A stretch of 64,000 bases of DNA from Eledone cirrhosa (GCA_964016885.1 OZ024740.1:351354001-351418000), one strand, 5' to 3'; shown: positions 13,429 to 27,297, counted from the first letter of the stretch. The notes: generated from the sequence alone by a model not told the origin. A program made the numbers and translations.

Positions 13429-16249
13429 TGGCATCCCACCGGTTGTGTTCTTTATCGTCAATTCGAACATCCCTCCCTCTTATACTCATTACCACTGCTG
13501 TCACTTTCGCCCCAGCTCCTTCCCACAATAACAATAACAGCAACAACTTTTCTCCCTTTTTAACTGTTACCACCACCACCACCACCACCACTTTTCCCCA
13601 ATATTCCTCTACTGTCCTCCATTTTCACCAACATTCATTCCCATTGCTCTCATCTTCCTTCATGTATTGTGCTTTCTATTTCTCTCTCTCGTTTCCATCT
13701 CTCTCTCTCTGTCTCTCTCCCTTTCACTCTCTTTTCCATCTCTCTAGCCCTGTCTCTCTTTTTTTCTCTTTGTTATTTCTTACTAAATCTCTAAATGTTT
13801 ATAAAGCCATCCACCATTTTTTCTATATATTTTATTTTGACAGTCTCTCTGTGTTTGCACTTTTGGATATCTTTTCTTCTCACACCTCTTTATTTATTAT
13901 TTATTTTTTTGTTCGAGACCTCATGTATGTCCGTGGTCTCAAGGCACTGAAATTTCACAGTCCGCTTAGTTGAAAATATGTACCTCAGGCTAAGAATAAC
14001 TCTACCACTCCCATTCGAAGCACGTCTGTTTTTGCTGTTTAGTCGTACATCAGCACGGATCAAGCAGACTCACGATCAAGATGTTCCAGCTGTTACCATT
14101 TCGTCTTTTGTTCGAGTAAAGTGTAGCAAGACTACATTATCCAATGTATCCTTCCCTTATATTTGAGCGAGAGGATTAGACAGAGAAAGAGAGATAGAAT
14201 GAGGGAGAGAAAGTGAGAAAGAGAATGAGGAAGAGAGAATGAGAGAGAGAGATAGTGAGAGCGAGAGCGAGAGAGTGTGTGTGGAAGAGTGAGAAAAAGA
14301 GAGCGAGGCAAAAAGAGAGTAAGGTATGAGGGTGATGTCACCATTATTTCTAGCAGGCTGAGTGACCACATAACATGCCTCCGTTAGCTTGTGACAGACG
14401 TGTAAAAATGCTGCAAGTCACTTTGTCTATCGTCATTGTATAAATGATTATTATTGATTTCTGGCACAAGGGCCACACAGTTTATCGGCGAAATCTAGAT
14501 CAGTACATGACTAGTACTATATTTATCAGGATAATAGGTGAAGCTAACTTCGGCAGCATTTGAATTCAAAATGTAAAGGGTCATAATGAAATATTGCAAG
14601 ATTTTAACGATTCTGTTAATAATTTAAAATATTCATACAGTGAGTGCCTTAGAGAAGAAATAAGCACGTAGAAGCCGATTCCCTGATCAGTTTTCAATTG
14701 TTAGCTGGAAATATCTTACTTTACTAACACAATTATTGTTCTTGAGAAAGATATGAACACTACAACTTTACATTTTATCTAAAATCTCAAGCTTTGTACA
14801 TATGCAGCAATTGTTTTTTAATGAAATAATGTGAAAGGAAAAAGGCTAGAACTATTTAAAGTATCCAATTTGGAGTGTTAAATCACTTCGCTAAGAATCC
14901 TCGAAGGTAACATTGGTCTGTTTTTGTTGCATAACACTAAGTTTGCTGAATCAGGACTCCCTTAAAATAGCCAGTTTGGGGAATCTGTGTAGCAATCGGG
15001 TACTGTAGGAGTTTTGAAGGGAGACTTACCACCGGTTTGGGGCATTGAGAAACTCAAGAGAGGTGCTGGAAGGCAAGGGTATGATGAGGGTTCACTGAAA
15101 AGCAGAAAGTGGAGAGGGAGGAAAGGAACAAAGAATATAAATAAGCAGTTGCTCGTAAAACTATCACCTATATTTATTTAATAAATGCTTAAATAAAATA
15201 CAAAAATAATGAAATTTAATTTCTAATATATAATTTTTTACCTACATTACAGAAAGGGAGGAATCGATAAAATGTATTCCCTTAAATTAGGTGAGAGTAA
15301 AAAAATAAATAAATAAATAAAAAGAAAAGAGGGAACGCTGGTCGGATGGCAACCAAATTTGCTTTAGAATTCTGAGAAAAGAGTTCACGAATGCGTTATT
15401 CTTATTTGAAGCATGATATTTAGATGTCGTTTATATTGTTTAGTTAATGTTGTTTAGCCTGCTCTGATCAAGAATATTCATCTCTAAAAAGCATTCAATA
15501 CGAGATCATCCTGTACTTTGTTCAGACAATGTGTAACAACGACTAAATAAACTTCTTTTTAATGACATTAGGCTTCTATTTTTAGCAAGCCTGGCAACCT
15601 CATAGAAGTGCCCCCAATGGCACAAATCTGTATCTAGATTGTGGTGGTAGTAAGGATGGCTAGGGTTATTTCTGTAATCGTGTAAGGTTGTTCGAAGCGT
15701 CACCGAATACTTTGTCTTCATGTAGGGATTCTAGGTAGGAAGATACATGAACGGGTTTCCATTGTCTTCTTCAGTACAGCTGAAAAACGCTTTCTTCAAT
15801 GTTGCAATCAGATATACAGAGCTACCGCTAACTACAGCAGTGAGTTATAACCACCCGTTGTACCTCCTCATGAGTTACCTTCAATATTCGTTATGGAAGA
15901 TTTCCGTTAGTTTCAAGACCATCAAGCCATTAAACAGCGTATGTACACTCTGATGAATCTATTTGATCAACGCATGATCAAGATCTTCATTTTGTTAGAA
16001 ATATATATACCTACACAAACATATTGTAGTGCCATAAGAACGAACATCCTTACTAATCACGTAACAGCTTGTTATGCTTGCCCAGCATAGTCCAACACAG
16101 TCCAGCACAGCTCAGCAAAGTCCATCACAGCCCAGCACAACCCATTTAAGTTTGTGTGTGTTTGTTGTCATCAGCCGTCACAGCAACATCGTCGTGTATA
16201 CAGTACTTACCACGTGGTTTATGTTCTAGTTTGTGTTGAAAATGTCGAA

Positions 16250-17200
16250 TACACTTGTATATAACTCTATGGATAATAGTGAAAAGAAAAAGTGGAACGA
16301 TTTAAGTTTATTCATGCTACAATATGTCAAATTGTTGGAAAAACTCTGTAGTGGTGTGTGTAAGTTTAAAGCATCTGTAGTGGTGTAAGTTTAAAGCATC
16401 TGACGATATTAAGCACGATATTAAGAAGTAGGATAAGCTATCGAAGTTCTATACTAAAAGTGATGAACAGAAATTAATGAAAAATAGAAAAGAATATTGT
16501 ATAGAGTAAAAATGAATATCTTAAACATGTGTTGTGTTGATGAAACAGTTTCATCGGTGTTCGAGTGTATATATGCCATTTAACAAACTAATGATCATGA
16601 AACTAACAAAAATCTACCATTACAATATGAATATTGAAGGTAACTCTGAATATTCACAAGTCTGATTATGAAAATTTAAGAAAAAACATGGTATTAACTA
16701 TTTAAAGATTTCTAAAGATATAGCGTCTGCTGATTATAAGGTAGCAGAGATATTCATTGATGAGTTTGCAATATTCGTTGCTGATAAAAGATTTAACAGC
16801 AGAACAAGTGCATAGTGCTGATGAAACATCGTTGTTCTGGCGTTATCACTCCAGTGAAATAATTCTTACAGCTAATTAAAGATCGACCAATAGTTAAGGA
16901 TAACAAAGACAGATTAGCTGTGCTAGTTTGTGCTAATACAGCAGGTAACCATAAGTGTAAAGTTGATAAAAAAAAATGTCTGCGCCCTCACTGTTGTGTG
17001 GGTATCTTAGCAATGCATCGTTACGCTAAAACAATGTTTGCATAACCAGGGACAATTGTTTACTTGGTGTAATCCATATTTTGTATCAGTGGCTCGTTTC
17101 CACTGCAGGAAGCGTGTTGAGTGCAATAGTTCGTTATGGCTATTCCGTTCATCTTCCAGCTAAATTTTGTATTCTCCCATATATGAGATCATTAATTCTT
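16250..17200 (+). mobile_element. Decayed pogo/Tigger-like DNA transposase relic
   Basis: Fragmentary translation SADETSLFW (16815-16840) and KDRLAVLVCANTAGNHK (16905-16955), typical of DDE_1 transposases. Confidence 0.7.
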
Positions 17201-17369
17201 ATAACATTGACGACGAAAGACTAATATAGACACTTTCGTTATGTACCCTCTCTACTATCGTCGTATACTCCGGCTTATGTTCTAAATATAATTTTATTAT
17301 ACCATGTAAGACATAACTATGTATGGGCACTTAACAACAGCAGTAAAAACAATAACAAATATGAACAGA

Positions 17370-17645
17370 GTGGCATAGTAGTAAGGGTGTTAGGCTTACG
17401 ATTATAATGTCGTGGGCTCGATTCCTGGGCTGGGGTTGCATGTTGTGTTCTTGAGCAAAACGCTTCATTTCACGTCTCTCTAGTATACTCAGCTGAAAAT
17501 GAGTACCAGCAATAGCTGAGGGTTTAATTCTGTGATGGACTGGCGTCCCAGTGGGAGTCTTGTACTCCCAGTCTCTTCACAACATTGAACCGGGATCAGC
17601 TCCGGCCTAATGAGCCTTAAATGGCTTAGGACATACTTTAGACTT
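17370..17645 (+). mobile_element. tRNA-derived SINE with conserved central core (V/CORE-like)
   Basis: A-box TGGCATAGTAGTAAG, B-box GGCTCGATTCC, core GTGTTCTTGAGCAAAACGCTTCATTTCACG. Confidence 0.7.
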
Positions 17646-17818
17646 TAGTGTAATACCGTGATTGAGAATGACAGTTAATTGTCGCAGACAGTATTCACCA
17701 AGTTCTTAATATTTTCTCTTTCTTTTAATCATCAGTCCGTTGCATTGGACGTATTCTATGGTTTCTTTAGATGGTTTATGCAGTCAGCTAGATGTGAAGA
17801 AATGTTAGCACAGGTGAA

Positions 17819-17998
17819 TTGGCAGTATCGGTAGAGGGTCGGACATGCTTTCCAGCATAGTAACGTCCCGTTACGATCTGAGTTCAAATCCGGCCGAGGT
17901 TAACTTTGCCTTTCATCCTTACGGGGGCGATAAAATAAAGTACCAGTAATGTACTTGGTAATTGCTGGCCTAGTGCCTAAAATAGAAACAATTATTAT
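17819..17998 (+). mobile_element. tRNA-derived SINE, abundant family A
   Basis: TGGCAGTATCGGTAGAG (A-box), GAGTTCAAATCC (B-box), TTTGCCTTTCATCCTTACGGGG.CGATAAAATAAAGTACCAGT. More than 10 copies in the window. Confidence 0.85.
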
Positions 17999-18374
17999 TT
18001 CTAGTAGGAGGAGGTACTGACAGCACAGCGTAACCGATTCTGTGTGTGTGTGAGAGAGAGAGAGAGAGAAGTATAAATCTACTCCAGTATTTAACAGGTA
18101 TTTTATTTATTGACTGACTCTTGTTTGATGAAAGTCACAGTTTATTTCGACAGAGCCAGAACAATTCCCGCAAGCAATTTAGTTGAATGTTCTAATGATT
18201 CTACCAATGGACAGGGTGATATCCCCGAACCCATCATTAAAGAATCAAAGATTGGGCTATTGATTCCAGAGTCTGGCCCGATCGATACAGATCAAATCTT
18301 GAGCTGATCAATCGCGAAACGCGCGTCACATCAAAACATAATTAATGATGATACTCTGACACCTTGTTCCTTTT

Positions 18375-18530
18375 TGGCAGTATCGGTAGAGGGTCGGACG
18401 CCATGCTTTCCAGCATAGTTACGTGCCTTTGCGGTCTGAGTTCAAATCCCGCCTTTCATCCTTACGGGGTCGATAAAATAAAGTAACAGTAATGTACTGG
18501 GTAATTGATGGCCTTGTGCCAAAAGTAGTA
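18375..18530 (+). mobile_element. SINE family A copy
   Basis: Same A/B boxes and body as 17819, with an internal deletion. Confidence 0.8.
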
Positions 18531-18726
18531 TTACACTCTGCTTATGGAGGAAACCAACCATAGTATAACATCAAATGTATAACACTACGTACTATACTTA
18601 AACTTTCCTGTGCATCGAGTGCTCAAACTGGCGAATCAAAATTCTATATATATATATATATATAATATTAAGGATACTATAGGACAGAACAAAGGAGAGG
18701 CACAGAAACAAAGAAAGGAATCCCCA

Positions 18727-18769
18727 GTCACTGAAGAGGTCACAGAGTGTGTGACGAAAGAACTATGAC
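18727..18769 (+). ncRNA. Minimal type I hammerhead ribozyme
   Basis: gtca-CTGAAGA-g-gtcac(agagtgt)gtgac-GAAA-gaac-TA-tgac. Same family as 53767-53809 and 54416-54458. Confidence 0.65.
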
Positions 18770-19175
18770 AATATATAAACAACTATCTGGTTGTGGAACC
18801 AACCAACCAGAAATTTATAAATTTATAAATTTATTATAAATTTATTATAATAATAAATTGAAGTGAAAGCAACTGGTGCGTGTGTTTCTTATTGGCAACA
18901 TGACTCTCCCAAAGTATAACAATATCGGTTTCAACACACGATTTCAGATAAAGAATCTTGCTAAACAAATTCAGAAACGAGATACTATTTATGGTTATGT
19001 ATATACTAAAACTTTTTATAGTTATATATATTTTAAACCCTAAACAGTGAAGGTCAGTAATTTATTACTACCTTATTACCAGTAAGATAAATAGCTCAAT
19101 GTAATAACATCAGTTGTTCTACAGAGCAGTTATATAGAATTCACAAGAATCAAAACTATGTTCAAAGCATTTATT

Positions 19176-19222
19176 CACTTACAATTGTTTCATCCAAACC
19201 TAGGCTTGTAGTCTTCGGAGCA
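19176..19222 (-). ncRNA. Hammerhead-like motif, CCGAAGA core variant
   Basis: Reverse complement of 22214-22260 with one stem II change. Lies at the 3' end of the Penelope element in its sense orientation. Confidence 0.6.
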
Positions 19223-20738
19223 TTTTTCAATGTTTGTACACATAATTGACCTCCTTTCCAATGCAAGAGACATACCGATACATATGTATATATTGATGTA
19301 CAGTGGAGTGACATATATTATATTATATTATATTATTTCTGTATAGCAATTCAAATTCAAAATCAAAATTAAAATTAAAATTAAAATTAAAATTAAAATT
19401 AAAACAAAATTAAAACAAAATTAAAATACATTCGGCAATTAACATAGATAATGCAAGAGGATAGTTTGTTAGTCAGATGTAATAGTTATTGTATGCGTTA
19501 GTTACACGTGGGGCATGCACGTGTGTTTCATTTATATATGATTATTGTGTGGCAGGGTGTTACATGTAATACAAGCACTTTAAGCGGGTAAGTAAGAGTA
19601 TTATGGAGGTTGTAGTGGTAAGGTATATTTTGTATATAATAAAAAAGTATGTGTGCAGAAAAATAAAAATAAAAAGGAGAAGCAAAGAAAGTTATGGGTT
19701 TCGTATCCACCACCATTTTCACATTCACGAAATGAAATATATAGTTTATACATCCATCACATAATTAACGATGATTCCGTATTGGATGTTTGATGCATTA
19801 AATTAAATTATTTTAGCTTATTGCGGCTTAATGTTCTTTAATCCAATTTTATAGAGTAGGTTGTTTCTGCTGCGAGAATTTACATCATTTTATTATCCGG
19901 AAGTATGTGTGTAATTAAGGGGAGTTAATGCGTAAGGGGAGGTAACTAGCTGATTTCCATAACTAAATTTATTGTTCTAACATACATTATAAGGTGTCTC
20001 AATTGAGTCCCTTATATAGACGGTTATATATTTATATTCAGTTTCCAATTTTAAATACAGTCTACACTATCATGATGTACTAAAGGTATTTATATTAGTA
20101 TGATTACTCCTTATCATAGAGTACTACAACTGAATATTCCATACAAAGAGCCACATCTTTATATCAAAGTTCCTTGCAAATGTAGTCTACTCGCAGAACA
20201 TGTCAGGGGACCTATTAGAACTATGTCTACATAGCCCCTGGTAAGTTCTGGAGAAGCGTATGGCTGTTTGCATGGCAAAGCCAAATACATCTCTAGGGCA
20301 GACAAAAACATCCCTCATTTACAATTTCATTAATCTATCCATCAAGTTATACTTGCATATATACCTCACATACCATTCATACATAATTCATTGCACTCAA
20401 CATATAGGTTATACAGATCTCTTATGTTAATAAATTAATCTTATATATATCCAATGTTATCACTCCATACAAACAAATACAATTGCATAAATAATTCATT
20501 GTCGAATCTGGTATTTAAAGCTTACATAGACTGTATTGTATCACTATATAATTATAAGTAATTGAAAGTAATTATACTAAAAGTAGGTGTTCATGGGGAT
20601 ATTTCTAGGGTAAAAAGTTATAGATAGATGGAATGATTTGTGTTGAGATAGGGTGGATCAGAGAGTGTGGAGATGTGGTGTAAGATGTGCCCTTGAGGTG
20701 TAGTGTTAGAAGTGGTGATGGGTTCAAGTCTGACATTG

Positions 20739-21962
20739 TTATATATTGGGTTTAAAGTTTGGGAAGGAGTGCCGGAAGCGGTGCTGGCACGACGCAAACA
20801 CTTCCGATTTTTTATTAAGGAGGTTATGGTTTGAGAAGATTATAGTATGGGTCTCTAGTAGACAGAGGTTACAGAATTTATTAGGTGGTTTGTACGATGC
20901 CGCCTTACCTATCACTTCCCAGTTAAATGTATAAGATCTATTTTTAGTTTTTAGATAGTGTATGTAGCTAGATAGTGTAGTGGAGTTGGCTAGACTGTGT
21001 TTTTTGAAAGAATTAAGGTGTGTATTGTATCTGGTTTTGAAGCAGTTCGAAGTAGAGCCTATATAGGTTTCAGAAGAGTTGCTAGTTATGACGGTGCATG
21101 AGTATATGATGTCCTTGATTAAGCAGTTTTTATCTAAAGGGCAGGTTCTATTAGACCTACAGTTACAATTATTTTGGATGTTAACCTGCCGGTTATTATG
21201 TTGTGTAGAAGTCTGGTTGCTAGTTATTGCATTATGGCTATGGGGGTTGTCGCTCCCACTAGTGCTATTACTATTATTACTATTGATATCAGGGTTTGTA
21301 GATATAACGTTGTTTTGAAGGTTTACCCCCTGCCGTGTTTTAGTTTGTTGGAAGTAAGTATTAATTTTTCTTTTATTGCTACTAGCTATGTGGTATGCTA
21401 TGTTAGGCGTGGTAGAGTAGGAGATTTTAATTGTGTTTTTGTTTATAAGACTATGGTACTTGTGGCCAGATGGGAAGTTTTTATTCAGGAATGAGAAGAA
21501 AGCCTTAGGTAGGTTGGTAGAGACGTTTAGATTGAAAGGTGGGTTGAAAAATGTATTATTTCTTCTTCTATTTTTGTTTTTTATGTCTGGTGAGATGCTT
21601 CCGTTTATGGTATTTTGGTGACTTCCGTGGTGTGGGTTACGTTTGTTGCCACCCTTCGTACTAGTGTGCGTGTGGTTATTATTCTTATTACTATTTTTCC
21701 TCATGGACATATTGTGCGAAATAATGTTGTAACTATGTGTTTTTGTAGGTAGGAACTCGATCTCATTATTATGGCTTGATCTAGCTAATGCCTGATTATA
21801 ATATTGTGAGTTTTTGCTAAATATGTTTTCGTCATAAGATAGATTAGAGATTCTATTGGATATTCCCTTAGAGATAGAGTTTAATATTGATCTAGGGTGG
21901 TTAGACTTGGTATCTACGTAAATCAGTTTTTCGTTAGGTTTATGGAATGGTGTATATATCAA
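20739..21962 (-). CDS. Penelope-like RT thumb + GIY-YIG endonuclease (partial)
   Basis: 407-aa open frame with the motifs above. The RT palm is missing because of 5' truncation. Confidence 0.85.
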   Translation of the reverse strand: MIYTPFHKPNEKLIYVDTKSNHPRSILNSISKGISNRISNLSYDENIFSKNSQYYNQALARSSHNNEIEFLPTKTHSYNIISHNMSMRKNSNKNNNHTHTSTKGGNKRNPHHGSHQNTINGSISPDIKNKNRRRNNTFFNPPFNLNVSTNLPKAFFSFLNKNFPSGHKYHSLINKNTIKISYSTTPNIAYHIASSNKRKINTYFQQTKTRQGVNLQNNVISTNPDINSNNSNSTSGSDNPHSHNAITSNQTSTQHNNRQVNIQNNCNCRSNRTCPLDKNCLIKDIIYSCTVITSNSSETYIGSTSNCFKTRYNTHLNSFKKHSLANSTTLSSYIHYLKTKNRSYTFNWEVIGKAASYKPPNKFCNLCLLETHTIIFSNHNLLNKKSEVFASCQHRFRHSFPNFKPNI

Positions 21963-22213
21963 AGAGTCTAGGTAGAGGGTGGCATCTAGGAAGTTAACGT
22001 TTTTAGTGTTTTTGTCTAGACTGCCGAATGTATTTTAATTTTGTTTTAATTTTGTTTTAATTTTAATTTTGATTTTGATTTTGAATGTGAATTGCTATAC
22101 AGAAATAATATAATATAATATATGTCACTCCACTGTACATCAATATATACATATGTATCGGTATGTCTCTTGCGTTGGAAAGGAGGTCAATTATGTGTAC
22201 AAACATTGAAAAA

Positions 22214-22260
22214 TGCTCCGAAGACTACAAGCCTAGGTTTGTATGAAACAATTGTAAGTG
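22214..22260 (+). ncRNA. Hammerhead-like motif, CCGAAGA core variant
   Basis: tgct-CCGAAGA-ctacaagc(ctag)gtttgtat-GAAA-caattg-TA-agtg. Palindromic stem III ACAATTGT. Confidence 0.6.
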
Positions 22261-22303
22261 AATAAATGCTTTGAACATAGCTTTGATTCTTGTGATATAT
22301 ACA

Positions 22304-22338
<35 letters not shown>

Positions 22339-22351
22339 GTATGTGTGTGTG

Positions 22352-22419
<68 letters not shown>

Positions 22420-22428
22420 CACATTTAA

Positions 22429-22548
<120 letters not shown>

Positions 22549-22578
22549 CACACACATATATATATATATAAATATTAA

Positions 22579-22609
<31 letters not shown>

Positions 22610-23442
22610 TATGTATGTATATATATATATATATATATAAATATAATAATAATGGAGCTGCGGCGTTGCAAATGGGTTACATATGAAAAAGTAAGTCCTT
22701 CATCAGTGGCCTTCCAACCGTCCTAGGCATTTCATCACTTTAAAGGCCATATACCTCAGGTTGGTGCGAACAACGGCTAAAAAGTGTCGTTGGGATACGT
22801 AAATAAAGGGGACGCTGGGGTGAACAAACAAAATGGTTTAAGCAACAGAAAGTGAGAAGAAAGAGACAAGTCCCAGATTTCTATGAATATAAACTCGGTG
22901 AAATCGTGAACGAGAGACTAAAGACCATCAAACCTGGTTGAAATGTGAGCAAGGAAGGAATTTCGCACAGGTCTAACGGGAGGAAGAAGGGGTCTGCGAA
23001 TTCGGTAAACATAAGTTCTGTGAAGTCGCAGACGAGAGAGAGAGAGAAAAAAATTCATACCGGCTTGGCCAAGAACGCGCGAGAAAAGAATTCGGACAGG
23101 TCAAACGGGAAGAAAGAGGAGGAGGAGGAGAGGTAGTGACAGGGAATGAGTGAGTGAAAGTTGAGGAAGAGGCTAACAGAGAGGGAGACTGCTAGAAAGG
23201 GTAAAGATACAAAGAACGAAACAGACGGGTGGCAGCAGAGGAAAAAATATATGTGTAAATATGATAATAATGGAGCTGCGGCGTTGCAAATGTGTTACAT
23301 ATGAAAAAGTAAATACACACACACACACACACATACACATAAATATATATATATATCAAGATAAATTAACGGAGCCATAGACTCTCGTTATTCCCCGTAA
23401 ATTATGTGCTCAAAGGAAAAGGAATCCTGAGCTCTTTGCCTT

Positions 23443-23525
23443 ACACGCGCTGATGAACCATAGGCGCTTCCATTTCAGTCAATAATTTCTTGGCGAAACA
23501 GATCTATTCTGATTTGTACGTGTGT
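23443..23525 (+). ncRNA. Type I hammerhead ribozyme with a full stem III
   Basis: acacgcg-CTGATGA-acca...tggc-GAAA-cagatc(tattct)gatttg-TA-cgtgtgt. Predicted cleavage after 23518. Confidence 0.75.
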
Positions 23526-23695
23526 TATATAGTTATAGAGGTGCGTATGCGCATTTCAATTTATATTTTTTATTATTGTGTGTCTACCCTGCCTTCCATA
23601 GGTTATAGATTCCATACACTGGTGGTTTCCCTGTTTTATTGATTTCACATGCTCTCTCTCTCTCTCTCTAGTGTGTTATCCTTTTTATATATTGC

Positions 23696-23747
<52 letters not shown>

Positions 23748-23748
23748 T

Positions 23749-23967
<219 letters not shown>

Positions 23968-26724
23968 ATATGAGTGTGTGTGCGTGTGCGTGTGCGTGTG
24001 TGTGTGTGTAGACAAAAAAGGGATACAGATAGGTAGGCAGATGGATAGAGAGAGAGAAGGAAGCAGATGGATAATACCATTGACAGAGAACGTTTTAGAA
24101 TATTTGTTTTCCCATTTTGTGTTACATTTGTGTTCCATAAATTCTAAATCAAAATATTTAGGACGATTTTGTAGTTTTCTAGTGTGAGAGACGGACAAAA
24201 AGGCTGCACAGTTATTATCATATTGATACTTCAATGAAAGGTTGTGTGCAAATTGGTTGATATTATATCTTATGATGGCAAACTAAGTTACCTCTATTTC
24301 TCTTATTTTACTTTTATGGAGAACTAAATTAGTCGTAAATTGACATGTAGAGTTAGTGAATTATAGAGCAGTGATTGATAAGCCCCCCACGAGAATGTAT
24401 AAATAATGAATTTGTAAACGAGGTGGTGGTGGGCAAAGGGAGTTAATTAGACGAGAGTGTTTGAAACGGAGATCAATTAGCGAGTTAGTGAAAAGAAAAA
24501 AACCCCACCTGAAACTAATGTCAAAAGGTTTGTTAGGTTTATGATAGAGAGCGAGAAATAGACTAAGTATTATAGACTTAGTGGGATAACAATATTAATA
24601 GTAAAAAGGATAAAAATGAATAAAATATAAATACAAAATGACTGACAAATGCCGGCTACAATCAACAGATTTGAATTGCATATTATCTGCAAATATGCAA
24701 AGTGCGAATTAAATTCGGACATTATTAATAATTAAATCACCCAGTCCAACATTCCGAACGCCCTGCTTGTCGCAAATATTATTGATTAAAAACATCCAAA
24801 CTGATCAAATGCCTCATAAATCTTCTACTGCATAAATGACTCAGAAAACTGTTGAATTTGTTTGAATTGTGTATGTATGTATGTATGTATGTATGTATGT
24901 ATGTATGTATGTATGTATGTATGTATGTATGTATGTATGTATGTATGTGTGTGTGCTCTGTCTTTCTCTTAATTTTGAGATTATTTTTGACCGGCCACCT
25001 TCCCGGTGGCAATGTTGTAAAGAAAGGAAATTGCGGACGTCACTTGTGTTATATGTATGTATGGGTGTCTGCACATTAAATACATTTTAAAATGTGAGAA
25101 AACGACTGTAACAGTCGATCACTATAAATAACTGAGAAAATCAGGTAAAATACCCCTAGAAACAGAAACGATTTACCACGTTTTTCCATCACTAGGGGTA
25201 TATTACGGAATTTTCTATGCTATTATTTATAGCTATCAACAATTCTTACAGTTATTTTTTGCATTTGTGTCTCACACATTTTCAAATCACCGAAGAGCTT
25301 TGATAATAATTGCTCTTTAGTCCTGATGAGCACCACCATAACACACGGTGTCTTGAGCATTTTAAGCCTGGCAGAATCCATCACACCTTAGGCTGGAACA
25401 CAGCTGATTTCTTGCAGAAGAAGAAACACACATACACAAACACACACTCATACACACAGTGAGTGATAGGAGGATATATATATAATTTATATATAGAGAG
25501 AGAGAATCAGCTCATTTTAATGGGTTAGTATATTATTTATCGACAACGAATGGATGAAAGGCAAAGTTGACCTCGGGAAGAGTTTGAACTCAAATTGTAG
25601 TGAGCCCGAACAAATACCGAGGAATTCCTAATCCAACATCCTAGTGACTCCAATTCGCTTTATATATGCATGTATGTGTGTATGTTTGTATGTGCAAGTA
25701 TGTTTGTGTGTGTGTTGACTAAGATCCCTGTTGAAAGATCTCTGGTATGAAAGTTTCTCTTTTGATAGGGTTAAATATTTAGTGTACTAATTTATCTAGT
25801 AGACACAACTCATCAGAAACCAGGTATCGAAGACGATTGTGGCCTGATGAAGTTCGTCCTCTTAGTACTTGTTTAATGGGTAGGTTTTTAATTTTAATTT
25901 TATTGGGAAATTGATTATCTTTTGTGTGGTGTGTTTTGGTTTAGTTAGGCTTATATTTTGTTGTTGGTTTGGACGATGAATACGATGGATAGAATGCTTT
26001 GCGTTCCGGCTCTCTTCGTTCTGAGTTCTATTCCCGCCGAAATCAACCTTGCCTTTCACCCTTTCGAGGTAAATAAACCAGGACCAGTTCTCTATATTTC
26101 TTATTTAATTCTTCTCAAGAAATCGGCAGTGTTCAGCCAGGGAAAAGGGACGTTCTCCGAGGTTTGAAATGCCGAAGAAACTCCTCATGTCACCACGGCA
26201 CCATTACGATTCCACCGGGAGTTATGGATTCATACATATATGTATAACTTACATGTATATACACACAAATACGTAAGAGTAAATGAAAAGGAAAAAACAT
26301 AAAGAATAATTAATGCTGAAAGTAATACCGACTTTCTAGTTTCGCTTTCTTTTCTCTTCTTTTCACCCATTTCACTTCTATAATCAACGTATACCCTTCC
26401 ATAATATATTCCTTTATAATTTTAATATTATTCCGTGTGGCAGTAATATGGTTAATCAATAAGACACTTTCGCTACAATTTTAATGCTCTATCTTAAGAA
26501 ATCAATGAGTGCTTTGATGTTGAAATATCTGCAATGTATGTCATAAATATTGTTTTTCAAGTACCATCGTGAATAATCGTCGGAACATCCGTAAAAGTGA
26601 ATGTGAAGTTTTAGGTGGGAGCACTCGCAAGTCCTTGGTCATCAATGCTATTGTCTCATATTTCCATGTGCTGGCAGTGCCTAGCAGTCGTACCATATTG
26701 ATATATCTTCGCCATCCTAAGAAC

Positions 26725-27290
26725 TCATGATGAGGAAAAAAGCCACAGCATAAACCAAAAAAGCAGTTTGAGGATGTCATAAATGGCAATCTTAAAGTTC
26801 TGAAGATTGATATGGAGAACTGGGAGAGAGTGGCTGAGCACGTACGCATGTGATGTCTTTGAGAAAAAGCGAGTGAAGCATGCTGTCTTGAGGCGTGCAC
26901 TCCGTAGGCGGGACCCAAGTGCCTGCAAAAATCCAACAGGGATTGAGGTGCATTGTATGTGGCTCAGTTCGTCTAAAAGTTGGATTTGCCAACCATCTGA
27001 AATCACATGAGCCAGGGAGAAATCGAGACATCTGTGAGTTGGTTCTACCGCCACGCACTCTACGGTATATTAGCAGTGAGTGTGGCAAGTCAGCTAGTGG
27101 ACTGACCAGACATGGTAGAATGTATGAAGACACATCCCGGAGACAGACAGTCCAAGTGTCACATGTGTGAATGTGCCTGCAAAACAAAAGCATGGCTGCG
27201 TGCATACGATCGTGAAATGTTTATTGAAAGATGGCACGATTCTGACAGGAAGTAGCAATTAGCATATATGTATGTATGTATGCTTTTTTA
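26725..27290 (+). pseudogene. Decayed 3' end of a zinc-finger-bearing RTE LINE
   Basis: RKKPQHKPKKQFED aligns with KRPPHKPKKRYKD of the intact element. Also CIVCG...GFANHLKSH and ECGKSASGLTRH. Confidence 0.75.
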
Positions 27291-27297
27291 GATTCAT

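Larger units (their letters stand above)
19141..22293 (-). mobile_element. Penelope-like element, 5'-truncated, with an inverted partial pLTR at its 5' end
   Basis: ORF 20739-21962 has the RT C-terminus (FLD, YVDTKSNHP) and GIY-YIG (CNCR..CPL, IIYSC...YIGST...FKTRYNTH, CNLC, SCQH). 22021-22293 is an inverted copy of 19141-19437. Confidence 0.88.

Noticed and set aside
15950-15990. CTGATGA followed by a hairpin (also 25323, 25809 minus, 25844)
   Set aside because: No correctly placed GAAA, stem III, UH and stem I.
16818-16830. CTGATGAAAC as a hammerhead core
   Set aside because: It encodes the ADET transposase motif and has no supporting stems.
17819-17900. tRNA genes
   Set aside because: A/B boxes belong to SINE heads followed by a shared non-tRNA body, with no proper cloverleaf.
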